Both the position numbers and the translations under genes were made by a program. A stretch of 63,820 nucleotides of DNA, filler included. It is 6 parts of 6 records of this genome, joined end to end, with 100 filler letters (N's around TTAATTAATTAA, not from the genome) between each part and the next. Parts side by side here need not be neighbours in the genome. Positions count along the whole stretch, not along the records: positions 24,881 to 31,061 come from SRR31156797_4502; positions 31,162 to 43,442 come from SRR31156797_4510; 4 more parts are not named here. One strand, given 5' to 3'. Shown here one piece after another: positions 28,492-38,148 of the stretch. Within the stretch, counting starts at the first letter, position 1. Each line of letters begins with the position of its first letter. Under the pieces are notes generated by a model, which made no database searches, was not told the origin of the DNA, and saw only the letters and a program-made list of their open reading frames with translations.

Positions 28492-29870
28492 AAACTAATC
28501 ATATTGAAGCTCTTACAAAAATAGTAGGTGTTGAGAATATAAAAAGTGATAAAGCTCACTTAATAGCTTATTGTTATGATGCAACAAGAGAAAGGTTTGA
28601 ACCTGATGCAGTTGTTTTTCCAAAAGATGAAGAAGAGATCAGTCAAATATTAAAGTATTGTAATGACAATCAAGTAATCGTAGTACCAAGAGGGGCTGGA
28701 AGTGGATTTACAGGTGGAGCATTACCTGCAAATGGAGGGATTATCTTAAGCTTAGAGCGACATATGAATCAACTTCTTGAAATAGATATGCAAAATATGG
28801 TAGCACGAGTTCAGCCAGGTCTTGTAAATATGGATCTACAACGTGCTGTTGAAGAGGTTGGACTTTTTTATCCACCAGATCCAGCAAGTGAGGAGTATAG
28901 TACTCTTGGTGGAAATGTAAGTGAAAATGCTGGTGGTATGAGAGCTGCAAAATATGGGATCACAAAAGATTATGTAATGGCTTTACGAGCAGTTTTACCA
29001 AATGGAGATATTATCCAAGCAGGGAAAAAAACAATCAAAGATGTGGCTGGATATAATCTTGCAGGTATTTTAACTGCAAGTGAGGGAACTCTTGCTGTTA
29101 TTACAGAGATCACACTAAAACTTATCCCTAAACCAAAATTTAAACAAACCTATATGGGAATCTTTCCTGATGTAACAAGTGCAATGAATGCTGTATTTAA
29201 ATCTTTAGCAGCTGGAGCAAACCCAGTTGCGATGGAGTTTTTAGATTCACTTGTAATTCAAGCTTTAAAAGAGAAACTAAATGTTGACCTTCCAGATCAT
29301 GCAGGAGCAGTTTTAGTTGGTGATGTGGATGGAAACTTAAAAGATGAGATGAAGTTTCAACTTGAAACCCTAGAAAAAAGTTTTAAAGAGAATGGAGCAA
29401 CAGATTTTATAGTAGCCAAAGATGAAGCAGAAGCAAGTAAGCTTTGGTATGCAAGAAGAAATGCAAGCCCTTCAATCACTATTTTTGGAACAAAAAAACT
29501 TAATGAAGATATTTCAGTTCCTAGAAGTAAACTACCCGAAGCTCTTGAAAAAATCTATGCAATCGGTGATAAATATGGGATGAAAGTTCCATGTTTTGGG
29601 CATAGTGGAGATGGAAATATCCATGTCAATGTAATGGTAAAAGATAAAAATGATCCAAAGCAGATGGAAGATGGACATAAAGCGATTGAAGAGATCTTCC
29701 AACTTGTAGTAGATATGGGTGGAACTTTAAGTGGAGAACATGGAATAGGAACAGCAAAAGCTCCATATATGAATATCGCATTTACTGAAGCAGAGATGAA
29801 CCTATTTAGAAATATCAAAAAAGCATTTGATCCAAACAATATTTTAAATCCAGCAAAAATGGGATTATAA
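28485..29870 (+). CDS. glcD: FAD-linked oxidase, glycolate oxidase subunit D
   Basis: PRGAGSGFTGG, YPPDPAS, ENAGG...KYG, GHSGDGNIH and SGEHGIG. Confidence 0.88.
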   Translation: MVKTNHIEALTKIVGVENIKSDKAHLIAYCYDATRERFEPDAVVFPKDEEEISQILKYCNDNQVIVVPRGAGSGFTGGALPANGGIILSLERHMNQLLEIDMQNMVARVQPGLVNMDLQRAVEEVGLFYPPDPASEEYSTLGGNVSENAGGMRAAKYGITKDYVMALRAVLPNGDIIQAGKKTIKDVAGYNLAGILTASEGTLAVITEITLKLIPKPKFKQTYMGIFPDVTSAMNAVFKSLAAGANPVAMEFLDSLVIQALKEKLNVDLPDHAGAVLVGDVDGNLKDEMKFQLETLEKSFKENGATDFIVAKDEAEASKLWYARRNASPSITIFGTKKLNEDISVPRSKLPEALEKIYAIGDKYGMKVPCFGHSGDGNIHVNVMVKDKNDPKQMEDGHKAIEEIFQLVVDMGGTLSGEHGIGTAKAPYMNIAFTEAEMNLFRNIKKAFDPNNILNPAKMGL

Positions 29871-29872
29871 TC

Positions 29873-30634
29873 TTGTGGGAAAGGGTAAAAAAGCTTCTTA
29901 ACTTTATTGATGGGGATATCCCTTATCATGCAGCAAGTTTAAGTTTTTTTACAATCTTTTCTATTTTACCACTTATTGCACTTTTAGTAGCAGTTATCAC
30001 ATACCTTCCTATGTTTGAGATATATTCACAACCAATAAAAACATTTATCTTTGAATTTATCAATCCAACGCACTCACAACAACTTTCAAAATTTTTAGAA
30101 AACTTTTTAACAAATACTGATCAACTTGGAAGTATCGGTATGTTGTATCTTCTTTTTGTATTTATAATGTTTTTTAGAGACTATGAATATACTATCAATA
30201 AAATATATGATTCACCTCCAAGAGCTACATATAAAGTATTTCTTTTCTATTTAGGCTTTTTTATTATGGTACCTATTTTATATTTTATAATCTCTATTAT
30301 GAGAAATTTTATAGAATTTAGTTATTCCCAATCAATCTTTCTTTTTCTTTTTGGCTGGGTTTTATTTTTTATTCTTTTTTTTATCTCGGCAAATAAAAGA
30401 CTCTCCTTGAAAGCTATTACAATTTCAAGTTTTCTTACACTTCTTGCATTAAGTATTACAAAAACCATTTTTGGCTATTATGTCTCTTTAAATACCACAT
30501 ATGCAAGTATCTATGGTTCATTTAGTATTATACTTTTTTTCTTTTTATGGATATATATATCGTGGAATATTTACTTATATGGAACAAAACTTTGTTCGTT
30601 TTTAAATAAGGACTTTAGCCTCAATGAAAATTAA
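29873..30634 (+). CDS. YihY/BrkB family inner-membrane protein
   Basis: AASLSFFTIFS...P and YASIYGSF...FFLWIY. Confidence 0.85.
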   Translation: MWERVKKLLNFIDGDIPYHAASLSFFTIFSILPLIALLVAVITYLPMFEIYSQPIKTFIFEFINPTHSQQLSKFLENFLTNTDQLGSIGMLYLLFVFIMFFRDYEYTINKIYDSPPRATYKVFLFYLGFFIMVPILYFIISIMRNFIEFSYSQSIFLFLFGWVLFFILFFISANKRLSLKAITISSFLTLLALSITKTIFGYYVSLNTTYASIYGSFSIILFFFLWIYISWNIYLYGTKLCSFLNKDFSLNEN

Positions 30635-31061
30635 ACTTATTGCTTTTTTATTTATAATATTTTTTAATGTATCACTTTTTGGTGCCGAAGATACTCCTTT
30701 AGTAAATCTCTCAGTTGCAGCCGTTGAAGACCCTGCACAATTTGTAAAAACTATAAATATTGCAATTATTCTTGCCCTTTTTGTTTTAGCCCCAACACTT
30801 CTTTTGATGGTAACCAGTTTTACAAGACTTGTGATCGTTTTTGGTCTTTTACGTCAAGCCTTAGGTCTCCAGCAGTCACCTCCAAATCAAGTGATCATTT
30901 CACTCAGTCTCATCCTTACATTTTTTATTATGGAACCATATGCAAAACAAGCTTGGGAGAATGGAATTCAGCCATATATGAATGAAACAATTGACTATAA
31001 AGTTGCTTGGGATGAGAGTGTTGGTCCTTTTAAAGAGTTTATGATTAAAAATACTAGAGAG
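30624..31061 (+). CDS. fliP: Flagellar export protein FliP (3'-truncated)
   Basis: LAPTLLLMVTSFTR...LRQALG.QQSPPNQV...LTFFIM.P. Confidence 0.93.
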
Positions 31062-31161
31062 NNNNNNNNNNNNNNNNNNNNNNNNNNNNNNNNNNNNNNN
31101 NNNNNTTAATTAATTAANNNNNNNNNNNNNNNNNNNNNNNNNNNNNNNNNNNNNNNNNNNN
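31062..31161. other. Artificial contig spacer
   Basis: N-run with TTAATTAATTAA. Confidence 0.99.
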
Positions 31162-31162
31162 C

Positions 31163-31792
31163 GTTTCCGACGTTCTCGACTCGCTTGGTTTGCGTGGCGC
31201 CGTTGCGGCATCGCATATCCGGCCGATCGTACCCGGCAAGAGTATCGTCGGCCCTGCCGTAACCGTCCGCAGCATTCCCGAACGCAAAACGCCGACGCAG
31301 GGGTATATCACCAAAGACATTATCAGAATGTCGACACGGGAGATCTATTACATCGCCGAGCCCGGCGACGTCTTCATCGCCGATTTCGGGGGAAACCTTG
31401 ATGTCTCGAACATGGGTGGCCAATCCTGCACCGTGGCCCAGTCCTGCGGGGTGATCGGCGCCATCTGCAACGGCGCGGTCCGCGACGTTCCGACCATCGT
31501 CGACCTAGACTATCCGGTCTGGGCAAAGGGCGCGACGCCGATGACCGGGAAATTCCGCATGGAAGCCATCGAGATTAACGGACCGGTTACGGTCCATGAC
31601 ATCACGATTCATGCCGGCGATCTGATCGTTGCGGACGATTCCGGCGTGTGCGCCATCCCGTTCGATCAGATCGAGAACGTCCTTAAACAGATCCAAGCGA
31701 TCGATGAAGAAGAAGCCGTCATGCGCGGCCTCATCAACGACAAAAGACCGCTCGACGAACTGCGGCCGCTCTACCGAAAACGCTACAACTAA
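31163..31792 (+). CDS. RraA-family / HMG-aldolase-like protein (5'-truncated)
   Basis: VSDVLD, GPAVTV, GAVRD and GDLIVADDSGV. Confidence 0.85.
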   Translation, partial: VSDVLDSLGLRGAVAASHIRPIVPGKSIVGPAVTVRSIPERKTPTQGYITKDIIRMSTREIYYIAEPGDVFIADFGGNLDVSNMGGQSCTVAQSCGVIGAICNGAVRDVPTIVDLDYPVWAKGATPMTGKFRMEAIEINGPVTVHDITIHAGDLIVADDSGVCAIPFDQIENVLKQIQAIDEEEAVMRGLINDKRPLDELRPLYRKRYN

Positions 31793-31843
31793 AAACTTTT
31801 CCGCCAGAAGACCATTACATCAAAATAACCAGGGGGTTTTCCG

Positions 31844-32833
31844 ATGAGAAGTAACCAGCCTTTCAAACTCAGTCTTGCCGGGGCGATGGCCGCCGGCCTG
31901 GCGCTCGTCCTGTCGACCAACACCCTTGCCGCGGATTGGAAACCAACCGGTACGGTAACGCTGATCGTGCCGTCGCGGCCCGGCGGCGGGCACGACAACA
32001 ACGCCCGCACGGCGGCGAAGGTCGTCGAAAAACACGCCGGCCAATCCATCAATGTTGTGAACATGAAAGGCGGCGGCGGTGTCGTGGCCTACACCAAGAT
32101 GGATGCCGCGAAGAAAGACGGACTTACGATCGGCCAGATTTCCATTTCGGTCGTGTCCGACCAATATCGGATCGAAGGCGTCAAGTACAATCAGGATTCC
32201 TTCGACTATATCGCCCAGATTTCCGGCGATCCCAACAATCTAGTGGTCAATAAGGAAGGCCCCTACGGCAAGATGGACGTCAAGGAATTCGTCGCCTTTG
32301 CCAAGGCCAATCCGGGCAAGATCCGGATGGGGGTTTCGGGCAACTGGACCAACCACGACTACACCCGGCACCAGCTGGAGAAGACTGGGGGCGTGAAATT
32401 CCAACGGGTCTCGATCAAGGGCGGTTCGAATATCATGCTGGCGATCCTCGCCGGCGACGTCGATGCCGGCCTTCTCTATCCATCCGAGATCAAATCCCAG
32501 TATGAGGCCGGCAAGTTGTCGATCCTGGCGCACAATGCGGCGACTCGCCTCGACTTATGGCCGGACGTTCCGACCTTCACCGAAGCGGGCCTGGACATCA
32601 ACATGCCGATCTGGCGGGTTTGGGTTCTGCCGAAAGGGATGCCGCAGAATATCATCGACGGTTGGGTTAAAATCATGACGGCAGCCATGAACGATCCCGA
32701 AATGAAGAAAGCCTACCAGAAAGTGGGTATCGGCTACGCCTTCAACGGCCCGAAGGAAACCCGCGCCGTGATCGACCGGGCCCATGTCCGATACAAGCAG
32801 ATCATCGACGAAGCGAAGATCGGTAAAAAGTAG
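31844..32833 (+). CDS. TTT transporter substrate-binding protein (TctC/Bug)
   Basis: Signal peptide, LIVPSRPGGGHD..AR and PDVPTFTEAG. Confidence 0.88.
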   Translation: MRSNQPFKLSLAGAMAAGLALVLSTNTLAADWKPTGTVTLIVPSRPGGGHDNNARTAAKVVEKHAGQSINVVNMKGGGGVVAYTKMDAAKKDGLTIGQISISVVSDQYRIEGVKYNQDSFDYIAQISGDPNNLVVNKEGPYGKMDVKEFVAFAKANPGKIRMGVSGNWTNHDYTRHQLEKTGGVKFQRVSIKGGSNIMLAILAGDVDAGLLYPSEIKSQYEAGKLSILAHNAATRLDLWPDVPTFTEAGLDINMPIWRVWVLPKGMPQNIIDGWVKIMTAAMNDPEMKKAYQKVGIGYAFNGPKETRAVIDRAHVRYKQIIDEAKIGKK

Positions 32834-32865
32834 GGTTTCTCCGCGTATTCACGACTTCAAACCAA

Positions 32866-33324
32866 GTGAGTGACATGAGCGAGCAGGTGCCATCGAAGCG
32901 GGCGCATATATGGCCGATGGAACGGATTGTCGGTCTCATATTCGTCGGCGCAGCGGCCTTTCTGGCATATTCCCTGCGGGATGTGCCGGCCCGGCCGGCC
33001 GCGTTTCCGATGGCCCTGCTCGTCATTCTGGCCATCCTCGGGCTTATCGTCGCGATGCGCCCGGCCGCCGGCGAAAAGCCGGTTTCTTTCAAAGGGGTGG
33101 TCAACGTCATCGCCTGCGCGGCGCTGATCGTCATCTATGTCGTCCTTTCCGACATCGTCGGGTTTTTCGCGGCGACAATCCTGTTCATCATTTCGGTCTT
33201 GGTGGTTTCGGGATACCTGCGCGGCCATCGTTTTCGCTATCCGCTCATTCTGCTTATTGCCGTGCCCATCGGCTTTGTTCTCAGCCAGATCCTCGTCGAT
33301 ATCCTCAAACTGCCGATGCCTTGA
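32866..33324 (+). CDS. TTT transporter small subunit (TctB)
   Basis: About four TM helices, FP motif, terminal LPMP; lies between TctC and TctA. Confidence 0.75.
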   Translation: MSDMSEQVPSKRAHIWPMERIVGLIFVGAAAFLAYSLRDVPARPAAFPMALLVILAILGLIVAMRPAAGEKPVSFKGVVNVIACAALIVIYVVLSDIVGFFAATILFIISVLVVSGYLRGHRFRYPLILLIAVPIGFVLSQILVDILKLPMP

Positions 33325-33327
33325 ACC

Positions 33328-34818
33328 ATGTGGTCCCTGATCCTTTCCGGCCTCGAACACTGCCTCGAACTGTCCAACCTGGGTTTTATGCTTCTGGGCA
33401 CCATGTTGGGAGTGGTCATGGGCGCCCTGCCCGGACTTTCCGCAACCACGGGCATGGCATTGCTGCTGCCGCTGACATTCGGGATGGATGTCGGAGGCGG
33501 CCTTTTGATGCTGGCGGGAATCTATTGCGGGGCTTTGTACGGAGGTTCCATCTCGGCAATCCTGATCGGCATTCCCGGGACCGCAGCGGCGCTGCCAACG
33601 ACGTTTGAAGGGTATCCGATGGCCCGGTCAGGCCGTGCCAGCGAAGCCTTGCTTTACGCGCTTTATGCCTCCGTTTTTGGCGGGTTGGTCAGTTCGATGG
33701 TCCTGCTTTTCCTGACGCCGGTTGTCGCCGAGTGGGCGTTGGAATTCGGCCCGCCCGAGATCTTTGCCCTGTGCGTCTGCGGGATTTCGATTGTCGCATT
33801 TCTGGTCGGGAAGGATCCGGTCAAGGGACTAATCATGGCCGTTGTCGGCTTCATCGTCAGCACGGTCGGCGCCGATCCGGCCGAGGGCGTGATGCGGATG
33901 ACATTCGGCAACTATCGTTTCATCGGGGGCATGCAGTTCGTTCCGGTCATCCTGGGGACGCTCGCCCTGCCGCGCATCTTCGAAATGGTCGAGCGGTTTC
34001 GCGGCGATTCCCAGACTTTCTTTGCGCATTCCGAACGCCGGTTTTATTTCCTCAACCCGCTGATCCTGATCAAACGCTGGTTCCTGTTCCTGAGATCCGC
34101 CGTTATCGGCGTCGTCATCGGTATTGCCCCGGCCGCCGGCCCGACCATTGCCGCGCTCGTCAGCTACAACGAAGCCAGGCGCGTATCCGACTCGCCCGAC
34201 ACCTATGGCTCAGGAAATCCGGAAGGCGTGATTGCGAGCGAAGCGGCCAACAACGGCGCAACCGGCGGCAGCCTCATCCCGACCTTCGCGCTCGGCATCC
34301 CCGGTTGCCCGGCGGCCGCGATGTTGATGGCGGCGCTTATCATGAAGGGCGTGCAGCCCGGTCCGGCGTTGCTCCAGACCAATGCCGATATTCTTTACAC
34401 CTTTTTTATCGGCTTCATTCTCGTGAACCTGCTGATACTTCTGGTCGGCCACGGGTTCGTTCAAATCGGCCATTCCATCATCCGGACACCGATCGAGGTG
34501 CTTGCGCCGGTCCTGTTCACGGTTTCCCTGATCGGTGCCTTTTCCGCCGAGAACGACATGTTCAACGTCTACATCATGCTGATTTTCGGCATCGGCGCCT
34601 ATGTCCTGGGAAAGTTCGACTATCCCATGGCGCCGTTCATCCTCGCTTTCATTCTGGGACCGATCATGGAAGCCAATTTCTGGGCGTCCTTCCACCTGTC
34701 CTACGGCGACTATTTCATCTTTTTCAAGCGCCCGCTGTCGTTGCTGCTCATGGCCGTCGCCGTGTTCACCGTTCTCTGGCCGATGGTAATTGCCCGGTTC
34801 CGGAAGCGCCCTGAATAG
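33328..34818 (+). CDS. TTT transporter large subunit (TctA)
   Basis: GALPGL, YGGSISAIL..IPGT and ASEAANN...P...LGIPG. Confidence 0.9.
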   Translation: MWSLILSGLEHCLELSNLGFMLLGTMLGVVMGALPGLSATTGMALLLPLTFGMDVGGGLLMLAGIYCGALYGGSISAILIGIPGTAAALPTTFEGYPMARSGRASEALLYALYASVFGGLVSSMVLLFLTPVVAEWALEFGPPEIFALCVCGISIVAFLVGKDPVKGLIMAVVGFIVSTVGADPAEGVMRMTFGNYRFIGGMQFVPVILGTLALPRIFEMVERFRGDSQTFFAHSERRFYFLNPLILIKRWFLFLRSAVIGVVIGIAPAAGPTIAALVSYNEARRVSDSPDTYGSGNPEGVIASEAANNGATGGSLIPTFALGIPGCPAAAMLMAALIMKGVQPGPALLQTNADILYTFFIGFILVNLLILLVGHGFVQIGHSIIRTPIEVLAPVLFTVSLIGAFSAENDMFNVYIMLIFGIGAYVLGKFDYPMAPFILAFILGPIMEANFWASFHLSYGDYFIFFKRPLSLLLMAVAVFTVLWPMVIARFRKRPE

Positions 34819-35013
34819 ACGAGGACCAGGGTGACGCCCGCTTTTCGAATGGGCCTGCCATCGCGAGCGACTCGAAACCGGAAAAGCGGTCCAATTCCCT
34901 TGAGCAATCCGGGCCATCCCGCGCGATCGGCCGCGGCAAAAGAATGATGCAATCACGAAAACAGTCATTCACAATGAATGACATAAGAATAAATTATGGT
35001 GGTTGGTGCATTC

Positions 35014-35940
35014 ATGAAATTCGAAGACCTGCGGGCGTTCCTGAAAATCATCGAAACCGGCAGCATTACGGCCGCCGCCAAGGAACTCAACGTCGCCCAG
35101 CCGGCGCTCAGCATGCGCACGGCGCGCCTTGAAGATACGCTCCACAAGAAACTGTTGATCCGCACCCCGCGCGGCGTCACTCCGACCGAGGCCGGCCGCA
35201 AATTGGCGCAACATGCACGCGGCATTCTGCAGGCTGTCGAATTTGCCCGACACGACGTATCCAGCGGCCAGGGCAAAATCGCCGGCGAGGTGCAGGTCTG
35301 CCTGCCGACCTCGGCGATGGCCATGTTGACGCCCCTGCTTCTCGGTGAAGCGGGCCGGCTGTATCCCGACGTCCAGGTGCTGATCCAGGAGGAGGTCAGT
35401 TCCGTCGCCGGCGAACTGATCGAAAGCGGCCGGGTCGATCTGGCGCTTTTGCCGAATGCGGCGGAACTGAGGGGCATCGAGGTCGACCCCGTAATCCGAG
35501 AAAATTTCTACTTTATCGGCTCGGTGGAACACGATCCGCTGCCACCGAAAAGCATCAAATTCGCCGACCTGACGCAATATCAACTGGTCATGGCGACGCG
35601 TTCCAACAACGCCCGGCGGTGCTTGGAACAGGTTTCGTTGCAGGAACACCGATATATGAATATCCGCTATCACCAGAACGCGCCGCTGGCGACGCTCGCC
35701 ATCATAAAGGCCGGCCTGGCCCACGGTGTCATGTCGATCGTGCAGACGCGCGATAGTGTCGAGAAGGGTGACGTTTACGCCATTCCCATCGTTGATCCGT
35801 CGATCGAACGGACGTTCGCCATCGTTTATCCGAAATCCCGCGCCCTGACCAGTCCGGTGCGGGAAATCAAGGCGTTGCTGCGAAAAATCGTCGTCGAACT
35901 GAATGCCGACGGGCAATGGCCGGGAACCCTCATCGACTGA
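35014..35940 (+). CDS. LysR-family regulator (Nac/TcuR-like)
   Basis: GSITAAAKELNVAQPALS...RTPRGVTPTEAG. Confidence 0.9.
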   Translation: MKFEDLRAFLKIIETGSITAAAKELNVAQPALSMRTARLEDTLHKKLLIRTPRGVTPTEAGRKLAQHARGILQAVEFARHDVSSGQGKIAGEVQVCLPTSAMAMLTPLLLGEAGRLYPDVQVLIQEEVSSVAGELIESGRVDLALLPNAAELRGIEVDPVIRENFYFIGSVEHDPLPPKSIKFADLTQYQLVMATRSNNARRCLEQVSLQEHRYMNIRYHQNAPLATLAIIKAGLAHGVMSIVQTRDSVEKGDVYAIPIVDPSIERTFAIVYPKSRALTSPVREIKALLRKIVVELNADGQWPGTLID

Positions 35941-36094
35941 TGAATCGACGGTTGTGATATAAGAAAAATATATGATGAAATTATAAAGATATATTTCTGA
36001 TATGAAGTGAACGGTTCTAGCCTCCTCATAGACGGCAATCCGACGACAAGAATCGGGCCGATGGAGCAAAGGCAAGAAAAGAGGGAGGCGGACC

Positions 36095-37555
36095 TTGGAG
36101 CCGAAGAATCTTCTGTTCATCTGTTCGGACGAACATAGCCGCGACATCATGGGCGCGGCCGGACATCCGATGGTCCAAACCCCGGGTCTGGATGCCCTGG
36201 CGGCGCGCGGAACCACATTCGACGCGGCCTATTGCAACTGTCCGATCTGCGTTCCCAGCCGCGCCAACCTGATGACCGGGCGCCATTGCAACGACGTCGG
36301 TTTCTGGGACAACTGCGATCCGTACGACGGCAGCGTCCCGGGATGGGGGCACCGCCTGAAGGATGCCGGCCATCACACGGTATCGATCGGAAAGCTTCAT
36401 TTCCGGTCGGCCGACGACGACAACGGTTTCGTCGAAGAGGTGATCCCGCTCCATGTCCATGGGGGAATCGGCGACACCTACGGGCTGATCCGTGAAAACA
36501 TGACGCCGCGTCCGGCCTGCAAAAACCTGTCGGCGGAAGCCGGTGAAGGGGATTCCAGCTATACCGCCTACGACCGCGAGATTGCCGACACCGCGGCCAC
36601 CTGGCTGAAGGAACAGGCCCCGAAGTATGCAGACAAGCCGTGGGCGTTGTTCGTGTCCTTCGTTTGTCCGCATTTTCCGCTGATCGCGCCTTCCGAGTAT
36701 TACGAAATGTATCCGGAAGACCAGGTGCCGTGGCCGATGCTTTACGACAAGGCCGACCGGCCGCATTTCCCGTGGATCGACGCCATGCAGGTGGCTTTCG
36801 ACTACGACAAATATTTCGACGAAGGATCGGTCAGGCGCGCCGTCGCGGCCTATTTCGGGCTGGTGTCGTTCATGAGCGACCAGGTCGGCGCCGTCGTCGC
36901 GGCGCTGGACCAGGCCGGTCTCGCCGACGATACGCGCATCGTCTACACCAGCGACCACGGCGATGCCGTCGGCAAGCGCGGCCTTTGGGCGAAATCGACC
37001 ATGTACGAGGAATCGGCGGCGGTGCCGATGATCATTGCCGGCCCCGGAATACCGGCCGGCAAGCGCGTCAGGACGCCGGTAAGCTGGGTCGATCTGCATC
37101 CGACGATCATCGAAAACGCCGGCTTGAAGCCGCATGCCGACGATGGCGACCTTCCCGGCACGTCGCTTTTTGACATCATCGACGGCCAGGATGCGGATCG
37201 CGCCATTTTTTCGGAATACCACGCAGGCGGATCGCCGAGCGGTGCATTCGTCATCCGCCAGGGGCGCTTCAAGCTTCACTACTATGTCGGATCGGATCCG
37301 CTTCTATACGATCTTCAGGAAGATCCCCACGAAACACGCGATTTGTCGGAGGAGCCAGCCTATGCCGGTATCCTTGGCAAACTTCGCGCCGAACTTCTTG
37401 AGGTATGCGATCCCGAGGAAACCGACCGGCGGGCGAAGACCCGCCAGGCGGAGTTGATAGAGCGGTACGGCGGTCGCGAGGCGATCCTGAAACAGGGGTG
37501 TTTCGGCTATTCGCCGACGCCGGGTAACGAACCGGTCGTCGACGCCGCGGAATAG
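36095..37555 (+). CDS. Cys-type formylglycine sulfatase (choline-sulfatase-like, cytoplasmic)
   Basis: SDEH, CVPSRANLMTG, IGKLH, PHFP, YTSDHG and LYDLQEDPHE; no signal peptide. Confidence 0.88.
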   Translation: MEPKNLLFICSDEHSRDIMGAAGHPMVQTPGLDALAARGTTFDAAYCNCPICVPSRANLMTGRHCNDVGFWDNCDPYDGSVPGWGHRLKDAGHHTVSIGKLHFRSADDDNGFVEEVIPLHVHGGIGDTYGLIRENMTPRPACKNLSAEAGEGDSSYTAYDREIADTAATWLKEQAPKYADKPWALFVSFVCPHFPLIAPSEYYEMYPEDQVPWPMLYDKADRPHFPWIDAMQVAFDYDKYFDEGSVRRAVAAYFGLVSFMSDQVGAVVAALDQAGLADDTRIVYTSDHGDAVGKRGLWAKSTMYEESAAVPMIIAGPGIPAGKRVRTPVSWVDLHPTIIENAGLKPHADDGDLPGTSLFDIIDGQDADRAIFSEYHAGGSPSGAFVIRQGRFKLHYYVGSDPLLYDLQEDPHETRDLSEEPAYAGILGKLRAELLEVCDPEETDRRAKTRQAELIERYGGREAILKQGCFGYSPTPGNEPVVDAAE

Positions 37556-37622
37556 GCTTTGGGCGCGTAGCGGTCCCCAAAACAAACGAGCGGAACCGCC
37601 GCAGCCCGTGGGAGACAGAGGG

Positions 37623-38141
37623 ATGGCGGACGTGGCCACGGTTCAACTGCGCGAGAAGTACAAGGATTTGGCCTTGGCGGCCGTGTTCCTGGTTATTGGA
37701 ATCGGCGCCTTTCTGGCGGTCAATCCGAACAACGAGGTCATCGATCCGGGGCCGGGCGGCATGACCTTTAAATCCTTCCCGTTCGTCTGCGCGGCCGTGT
37801 TGATGGGATTGACCTTTCTGTATGCCGTCGGGATTGCCCGCGACATCGTTGCCCTGCGGAAAATTGCGCCAAGTAGGTCTGCTGTGAATCCGCAGATTGC
37901 TGATGACGGCGGGCCGACCCCGCGGGCGATCGCACTGCGGCGGGTCGTCACCCTGGCAATCCTGCTCGGCTATGTCGCCGCCCTTCAGTTTTTCGGGTTC
38001 GAATACGTAACGCCCGTCTTCCTTTTTCTGATGTTTTTCGTGTTCGGCGAAACCAAACCGGTCGTCAATCTGATCGTCAGCATCATCGGCAGCATCGGGT
38101 TCGTGGCTTTGTTCATCTACTTCCTGAATATGCCCCTGTGA
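37623..38141 (+). CDS. TTT transporter small subunit (TctB)
   Basis: TM helices, SFP motif, terminal FLNMPL. Confidence 0.75.
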   Translation: MADVATVQLREKYKDLALAAVFLVIGIGAFLAVNPNNEVIDPGPGGMTFKSFPFVCAAVLMGLTFLYAVGIARDIVALRKIAPSRSAVNPQIADDGGPTPRAIALRRVVTLAILLGYVAALQFFGFEYVTPVFLFLMFFVFGETKPVVNLIVSIIGSIGFVALFIYFLNMPL

Positions 38142-38148
38142 GAAGGAT

